Source: an uncultured virus (IMG/VR IMGVR_UViG_3300033076_001104) (lineage: Duplodnaviria; Heunggongvirae; Uroviricota; Caudoviricetes). From it: 62,485 nt of DNA. Shown here piece after piece: positions 57,965 through 62,485 of the stretch. How positions within the stretch are numbered: the stretch's first letter is position 1; every line of letters starts with the position of its first letter. A model generated the notes under the pieces. That model was not told the DNA's origin and ran no database searches. It saw only the letters and a program-made list of their open reading frames with translations. The stretch lies in IMG/VR virus record IMGVR_UViG_3300033076_001104, one strand, 5' to 3'. The position numbers and the translations under genes were made by a program.

Positions 57965-58690
57965 TTATTTTTCAAAAACTCCTTTCTTAATCATTTTGTC
58001 TAATATATTAGCACATGCAACATCTAACGCTTTTTTTGTTGATATACTGATAGTCGATTGATTAAATTTTATTGGGTCTAATGATGCGTCAGAAACAAAT
58101 GTTAATTCTCTAACGGTTTTTGCTTCACCTAAACCAGATGCCGCTATAATTGCCCCCGTTTCTGCGTTTGTGAATCTAACTTGTAAACCCAAACGAGTTA
58201 CCATATTATCTTTAATACCATCTTTTAAGTTAATTGTTTCATCTTCTGACACTGAGTAATCATACACCTCAATTTCGACAAAATAGTGTGCAAGTTTAAT
58301 TTTACCTCTACCATCTAATTTATTTTCAGAAATACCTGCTTGAGATGCTTGGAATTGTTTAACCATTCTGTTTTTGATTTCTGTTTTGTCCTCGGTAAAT
58401 TCAAAACGATTAAGATTATCCAAATATTCCAATACAATATTTGCAACACCTAATCCCACTCTCTTTTCTTTTAACTCGGGGTACATTTCATACACCTCTT
58501 CACCTATACCACATTTAAGAATTTGAATATTCTTTTTAGGTCCTTCATAATCCAAGTACGCAGAAATATCCTTTTTCTTTTCAAAATCCGCCTTAAAATC
58601 TTCGGTTTTAGTTTTACCTATTGTTTGTGCGGTTAATTCATTTAGACCACCTATGAATAATAATGACCCAATTAATAATAATTTTTTCAT
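57965..58690 (-). CDS. CsgG/HfaB/FlgT-like (TolB-N fold) exported protein
   Basis: Signal peptide ending AQ; GLGVANIV.E.L....RF..TE, AHYFV, RLGLQVRFTNAETG.II...G.GEA, KKALD.A pattern. Confidence 0.7.
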   Translation of the reverse strand: MKKLLLIGSLLFIGGLNELTAQTIGKTKTEDFKADFEKKKDISAYLDYEGPKKNIQILKCGIGEEVYEMYPELKEKRVGLGVANIVLEYLDNLNRFEFTEDKTEIKNRMVKQFQASQAGISENKLDGRGKIKLAHYFVEIEVYDYSVSEDETINLKDGIKDNMVTRLGLQVRFTNAETGAIIAASGLGEAKTVRELTFVSDASLDPIKFNQSTISISTKKALDVACANILDKMIKKGVFEK

Positions 58691-58715
58691 GTCTTTTTTA
58701 TTAATAAATACAATA

Positions 58716-58743
58716 AAAAAAGGGAGTTTTAACCCCCTTTTTT
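58716..58743 (-). terminator. Intrinsic terminator
   Basis: Minus strand AAGGGGG-TTAAAA-CTCCCTTTTTT. Confidence 0.7.
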
Positions 58744-58744
58744 A

Positions 58745-59008
58745 TTAACCTTCCATTTCTTCGGTTTCATCACTTTTGTTGTGTTTGTTGTTGATATATT
58801 TGTCAACTGACGCAATACCAAATGCACCTAAAGTGATAACTAAGAAACCATTGAATATAAATTCGTTGATTACTAACGGTTTCCCAAAATAACCTGTTAT
58901 TAAGTCTACTGCTAATGCTATAACCATACAAACAAATGAAGAAAAACCAATAAATGATTTTTCGTTTATTGTGTTGTTGTCATTAAATAATTCTTTAAAA
59001 AATCCCAT
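58745..59008 (-). CDS. Two-TM membrane protein (holin-like)
   Basis: Two hydrophobic helices, INEKSFIGF, charged C-terminus. Confidence 0.55.
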   Translation of the reverse strand: MGFFKELFNDNNTINEKSFIGFSSFVCMVIALAVDLITGYFGKPLVINEFIFNGFLVITLGAFGIASVDKYINNKHNKSDETEEMEG

Positions 59009-59042
59009 AGTTAAGTGTTTTAGTGTTTGTTTATTTTATTTT

Positions 59043-59669
59043 TTATCCTTCCATATCGGGATCAGGATCTTTTATTTTACCACATTTTAAACATTCTTCA
59101 TCACCATCACCATCCGCGTCACCCCAAACGTGTTCACATTGTCTATGTGTAAAGTATTCATCAATTTTACCATCGCCATCGAAATCTAAACCATCCATAA
59201 CACCGTCACCATCCTCATCAATTTCAACACCTTTCTTAGTATCTTGAGATACCTGTTTTACTTCTTCAGAAATGGGCACCTGAACAAATGTATCATTAAG
59301 AGTTTCAGACAACACCAATGGTTTAATCTCAGTTGGAACGATTGGGTTATTTGGCATGTCGGCGGTATTACTTAATGATGTACCATCTTCCTCATCCATT
59401 TTTTGAACTAACATTTTGTCTTTATCAGTGTCAGAAAACCAATAGTCAATGATTTTACCGTAGGAACCAATGAATGCACCTAACATTAATAATAAAAGTT
59501 CTTTCCATTCGGCCGATGATTGGGTCTTATTCATAATGGCGGCAAAAATACCCCCTATTATGATTATAAACGACCCTAATACCAACGCAGTGATGTACCA
59601 CCTACGTTTCATCATTGAATTTAATAAATCTTTAAATCCACTCTGTGTTTGTTTATTTTCTTCTACCAT
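59043..59669 (-). CDS. Two-TM membrane protein with C-terminal DxDGDG loops and Cys/His cluster
   Basis: Two TM helices ending IIDYWFS; DEDGDG, DFDGDG, DADGDG; CEH...CLKC. Confidence 0.7.
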   Translation of the reverse strand: MVEENKQTQSGFKDLLNSMMKRRWYITALVLGSFIIIIGGIFAAIMNKTQSSAEWKELLLLMLGAFIGSYGKIIDYWFSDTDKDKMLVQKMDEEDGTSLSNTADMPNNPIVPTEIKPLVLSETLNDTFVQVPISEEVKQVSQDTKKGVEIDEDGDGVMDGLDFDGDGKIDEYFTHRQCEHVWGDADGDGDEECLKCGKIKDPDPDMEG

Positions 59670-59757
59670 ATTTTTTTCTTTCTTTGTTTGCGTGGTTTAT
59701 CGACCACAAAAAAAACAATATAAAAAAAGTTGTTACCCCTATTTTATACCAATCCAT
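59653..59757 (-). CDS. Single-TM micro-protein, 34 aa (not in ORF track)
   Basis: MDWYKIGVTTFFILFFLWSINHANKERKKYGRRK*; fills the gap between two same-strand genes. Confidence 0.55.
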   Translation of the reverse strand: MDWYKIGVTTFFILFFLWSINHANKERKKYGRRK

Positions 59758-59760
59758 TTA

Positions 59761-60087
59761 TTACCACTTTGGTGCTTCTTCTTTAAACTCATCACCCTCC
59801 TTCTTTTTAGGTTTAGCTGTAGGTTGAGTTTGTTGTGCTGGTGCTGATTTTTCTTTAATTATAACAGTTTTACCACCACCACCATTATTTGATTGTGTTT
59901 GATTGTTTGTATTTGCAACATTTAGGTTGATTACCGGTTGTGCAGCGGGTTGAGCGGGTTCGCTACCTCCACCACCTAGTAAAGTTGATAACCACACACC
60001 ACCTGCTGTTACTACAGTACCCGCAACACCAATTATTGTTTTTTTAAGACCTGACCATGTTCCGTCGTTTTCTTGTTCTTCTGCCAT
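59761..60087 (-). CDS. Membrane-anchored hypothetical protein
   Basis: N-terminal hydrophobic Gly/Ala/Thr helix followed by a low-complexity Q/N/P tail. Confidence 0.65.
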   Translation of the reverse strand: MAEEQENDGTWSGLKKTIIGVAGTVVTAGGVWLSTLLGGGGSEPAQPAAQPVINLNVANTNNQTQSNNGGGGKTVIIKEKSAPAQQTQPTAKPKKKEGDEFKEEAPKW

Positions 60088-60105
60088 TTTTCTATTTTTT
60101 TAATT

Positions 60106-60477
60106 TTAGTTTATTTTATTAAAATCTGTTATACCTATAAGTATCCCATTATTGTCATATAGACCAATTCTATATGCTGAAGATGGTAATGCCTTGGTGT
60201 AAACTTTTAAAATATTGTCACCCGCATTAACATTCATAATTTCTTTAGAAACCACCCTATTTGTTAAATCTAAGATTTTAACGTTTACGGTTCCACTATT
60301 TTCCATTTTAACATTCATACTTACTTCTTCAGTAACAAATGTTGTGGAAAGTTTAATACCCGATGCACTATTAATCTTTAATTCTGGTGACACCGAAACC
60401 TCAGGTGTCGGAATCTCGTCTTTAACGCAACCACCTAAAAAGATGGGTAATAGAGATAATAAAATTAGTTTTTTCAT
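60106..60477 (-). CDS. Lipoprotein with T9SS C-terminal-domain-like Ig fold
   Basis: LGG-C-VKDE lipobox plus export signal; V.VKILDLTNRVV......AGDN...YTKALPSSAYRIGL. Confidence 0.65.
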   Translation of the reverse strand: MKKLILLSLLPIFLGGCVKDEIPTPEVSVSPELKINSASGIKLSTTFVTEEVSMNVKMENSGTVNVKILDLTNRVVSKEIMNVNAGDNILKVYTKALPSSAYRIGLYDNNGILIGITDFNKIN

Positions 60478-60478
60478 T

Positions 60479-60835
60479 TTAATTAAGTGTTAGTTTTGTT
60501 TTTCCTTTTTGGTTTTTATTAATATCCTCAAGTACTATATATAAATACTTTGAGGGTACTGATTTAGTGTAAATCTTTATTTTATTTTCACCAATCTTAC
60601 CCATAATTTTTTCTTTTGAAATTACCTGATTTGTAGTAACATCTATTAATTTTAAAATGTGGGTACTATCCGATGTTAATTTAAACATAATTGAATCTCC
60701 ATTTGAAATGGATACTTCCGATTGTGTGAATATATCCACATTCGGTTTTGGTTGTGGAATCGGTACAATTTCTTCTTTTGTGCACGATATTATAAAAACC
60801 ACCCAACACAATATTATAATTTTACTCCACTTCAT
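60479..60835 (-). CDS. Lipoprotein, paralogue of 60106..60477
   Basis: IIS-C-TKEE; LKLIDVTTNQVISKE...GEN.IKIYTKSVPS. Confidence 0.65.
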   Translation of the reverse strand: MKWSKIIILCWVVFIISCTKEEIVPIPQPKPNVDIFTQSEVSISNGDSIMFKLTSDSTHILKLIDVTTNQVISKEKIMGKIGENKIKIYTKSVPSKYLYIVLEDINKNQKGKTKLTLN

Positions 60836-62485
60836 TATATTACCTTTATGTTTAATTTATTTGATTTAGTATCAATCGTTTCAACATTTATTACAGAAAT
60901 CAAACCTAATATATTTCCTATCGTTGTCTTTGGTTTAAATACAACTTTATATTCCATGTCACCAATTGAACCATTTGATGTATTCAATGAACCCAAACTG
61001 ATAACTGAACCATTATTCTTCGAAAAGTTTGTTGATGTGTTATTATTGAAAGTTGTTTGTGTATATTCTAAAACTGAATTATCAAAATGTACATCGAATT
61101 GTGTTGCACCTATTTGGTTACCATTTGAGTTTATTTTTATGGTTGCAACAATATTCTCACCAACTCTTTCCATCATAATATCCGACTCAACATTTTGTAT
61201 TGTAGTAACATTCATTGTTCTCACACTCATTGTTGTTATACCATTTGATGCAGGTGTTGCTGAATGTGATAAATTCACATCACCTTTCCACGTCACCGAA
61301 AGATTGAATGTATCAGTTGGTTGTCCGGTGTTTATATCAAAGTTATAAGTATTTCCCACAAAAGATGGGAATGTATTCCAATTGGATTTACCAATGGTGT
61401 TATAAGATGTTGTTGGTATTATTTTTATCAAATTTGGGAATGTGAATGTATCCACTATGTTTTTAACCCCAGTAAGATGTTGTAACATTCGATATGTATC
61501 TGATTCGTTAAATACCCCATCATCATTAACATCTGCGTTCTTATACTGAATACCATATGTAAATTCATTACCCACCTCATTACCGAATATACCACCATTT
61601 TGTAATTCCTTAAATGCCAAATAAACATCCGATACTGTCACAATACTATTATACAATGTGGATATCGTGTTAGTAGTTGTCATCGTTACTGATTGTGGTT
61701 TGTATTGTAAGTTAGAACCAAATGTTACATCACACGCAAATGCGTAATCGGTATTCCATCCATTTACATTTCGTATGTATTGATTAAATGTGGATGTTCC
61801 GTTAGTTACTTTTGTTAGTGGAGATGGAACAGTGTATTGTGCCCAACTGGCATCTTCTGAAAGATATGTTACTGGTCCATCATATACATCCAAAATCTTA
61901 ACACTTTTTACCGATGATGGTGATACTCCATTAAACTTTCTCATATCAATCAATAACCTACTATTACCATTTAACCAACTTGCGTTTGGATTTACATATG
62001 ACCATTCAACCCCACCACCTGTTATTGTTCCTTTATTTCCATTTGCTACTTTATTACTATCTAATGAATTTGTAATATCAACTAAACCAGTCGAACTTAT
62101 TGCAGTTCCACCGACTGAAAATGTAGTTTTGTTTAAGGTAGAACCAAAATCAAAATTCATCTTTGCTTGTTTTGTTGGAGTTGAATTTATATTCGTTACT
62201 TCATTATTCCAATATCCCCAACCTCCAACGGGTCTATACCACATAAAATAAAATGCTTCACCACCACCAAATTCTTGTCCTCTATAAACCATTCTATATC
62301 GTTGTCCTGCAACTAAATTTTTGGGAACGGTTTGCCAACTACTAGCACCATGTCCACCATAGTAAGAAACTATAATAGTTCCATCCATAGAAAGGTCTGA
62401 TGCATCATCTGAATTTATACCAAAATAATATGTTCCTGTTTGTTGTGGTACAAACCAAAATTCAAATTTATATCCAAAAAAATCA
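60835..62485 (-). CDS. Large exported multidomain protein (5'-truncated): PA14 domain, dockerin-like repeat, C-terminal cohesin-like domain
   Basis: The frame stays open to the window edge (...WFVPQQTGTYYFGINSDDASDLSMDG, PA14 signature); ADVNDDGVFNESD..RML dockerin-like; IGATQFDVHFDNSVLEY cohesin-like. Confidence 0.7.
   Translation of the reverse strand, partial: DFFGYKFEFWFVPQQTGTYYFGINSDDASDLSMDGTIIVSYYGGHGASSWQTVPKNLVAGQRYRMVYRGQEFGGGEAFYFMWYRPVGGWGYWNNEVTNINSTPTKQAKMNFDFGSTLNKTTFSVGGTAISSTGLVDITNSLDSNKVANGNKGTITGGGVEWSYVNPNASWLNGNSRLLIDMRKFNGVSPSSVKSVKILDVYDGPVTYLSEDASWAQYTVPSPLTKVTNGTSTFNQYIRNVNGWNTDYAFACDVTFGSNLQYKPQSVTMTTTNTISTLYNSIVTVSDVYLAFKELQNGGIFGNEVGNEFTYGIQYKNADVNDDGVFNESDTYRMLQHLTGVKNIVDTFTFPNLIKIIPTTSYNTIGKSNWNTFPSFVGNTYNFDINTGQPTDTFNLSVTWKGDVNLSHSATPASNGITTMSVRTMNVTTIQNVESDIMMERVGENIVATIKINSNGNQIGATQFDVHFDNSVLEYTQTTFNNNTSTNFSKNNGSVISLGSLNTSNGSIGDMEYKVVFKPKTTIGNILGLISVINVETIDTKSNKLNIKVI

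Noticed and set aside
1..62485. Alternative genetic code (stop-codon reassignment seen in some large phages)
   Set aside because: Core genes are full length in code 11, and TAG and TGA both serve as real stops (e.g. polB TAG, kinase TGA).
1..62485. tRNA genes
   Set aside because: No intergenic segment shows a cloverleaf with a GTTCRA T-loop by eye; tRNAscan-SE would be needed to exclude atypical ones.

Overview
AT-rich 62.5 kb segment of a large T4-like (myovirus-type) dsDNA phage. The host is most likely in the Bacteroidota, judged from TTTG-N19/20-TAnnTTTG host-type promoters, the absence of Shine-Dalgarno sites, a Bacteroidota-type bS21, lipoprotein export signals and Q-rule signal peptides. 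The window holds the core morphogenesis genes: partial tape measure, tail chaperone, tube, sheath, gp13/14/15-like neck, gp5-like hub, terminase, portal, prohead protease, scaffold and major capsid. It also holds a SNF2 helicase and PolB, a gp55-like late sigma factor, three glycosyltransferases, dUTPase, dCMP deaminase, PhoH, ribosomal protein bS21, a KTSC + nucleotidyltransferase pair, divergent Hsp20/ClpC genes, a three-gene RNA-repair operon and a cell-envelope cluster built around a CsgG-like protein. Main signals not explained by the ORF track: (1) a probable +1 programmed frameshift (UUU UUU CGC) that extends the tail chaperone; (2) about 19 copies of TATTTAT(A), the reverse complement of the T4 late promoter, often only 3-5 nt before an ATG, which suggests leaderless late mRNAs; (3) a parS-like palindrome beside a CTAG-rich repeat block; (4) a sigma54-like promoter with a repeat array between hsp20 and clpC; (5) a stand-alone structured ncRNA candidate; (6) a family of putative head-cargo proteins with shared LxE and R[IM]KxLM motifs; (7) free-standing T9SS-CTD-like surface lipoproteins in the CsgG cluster. 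All family assignments come from reading motifs by eye; no database search was run.
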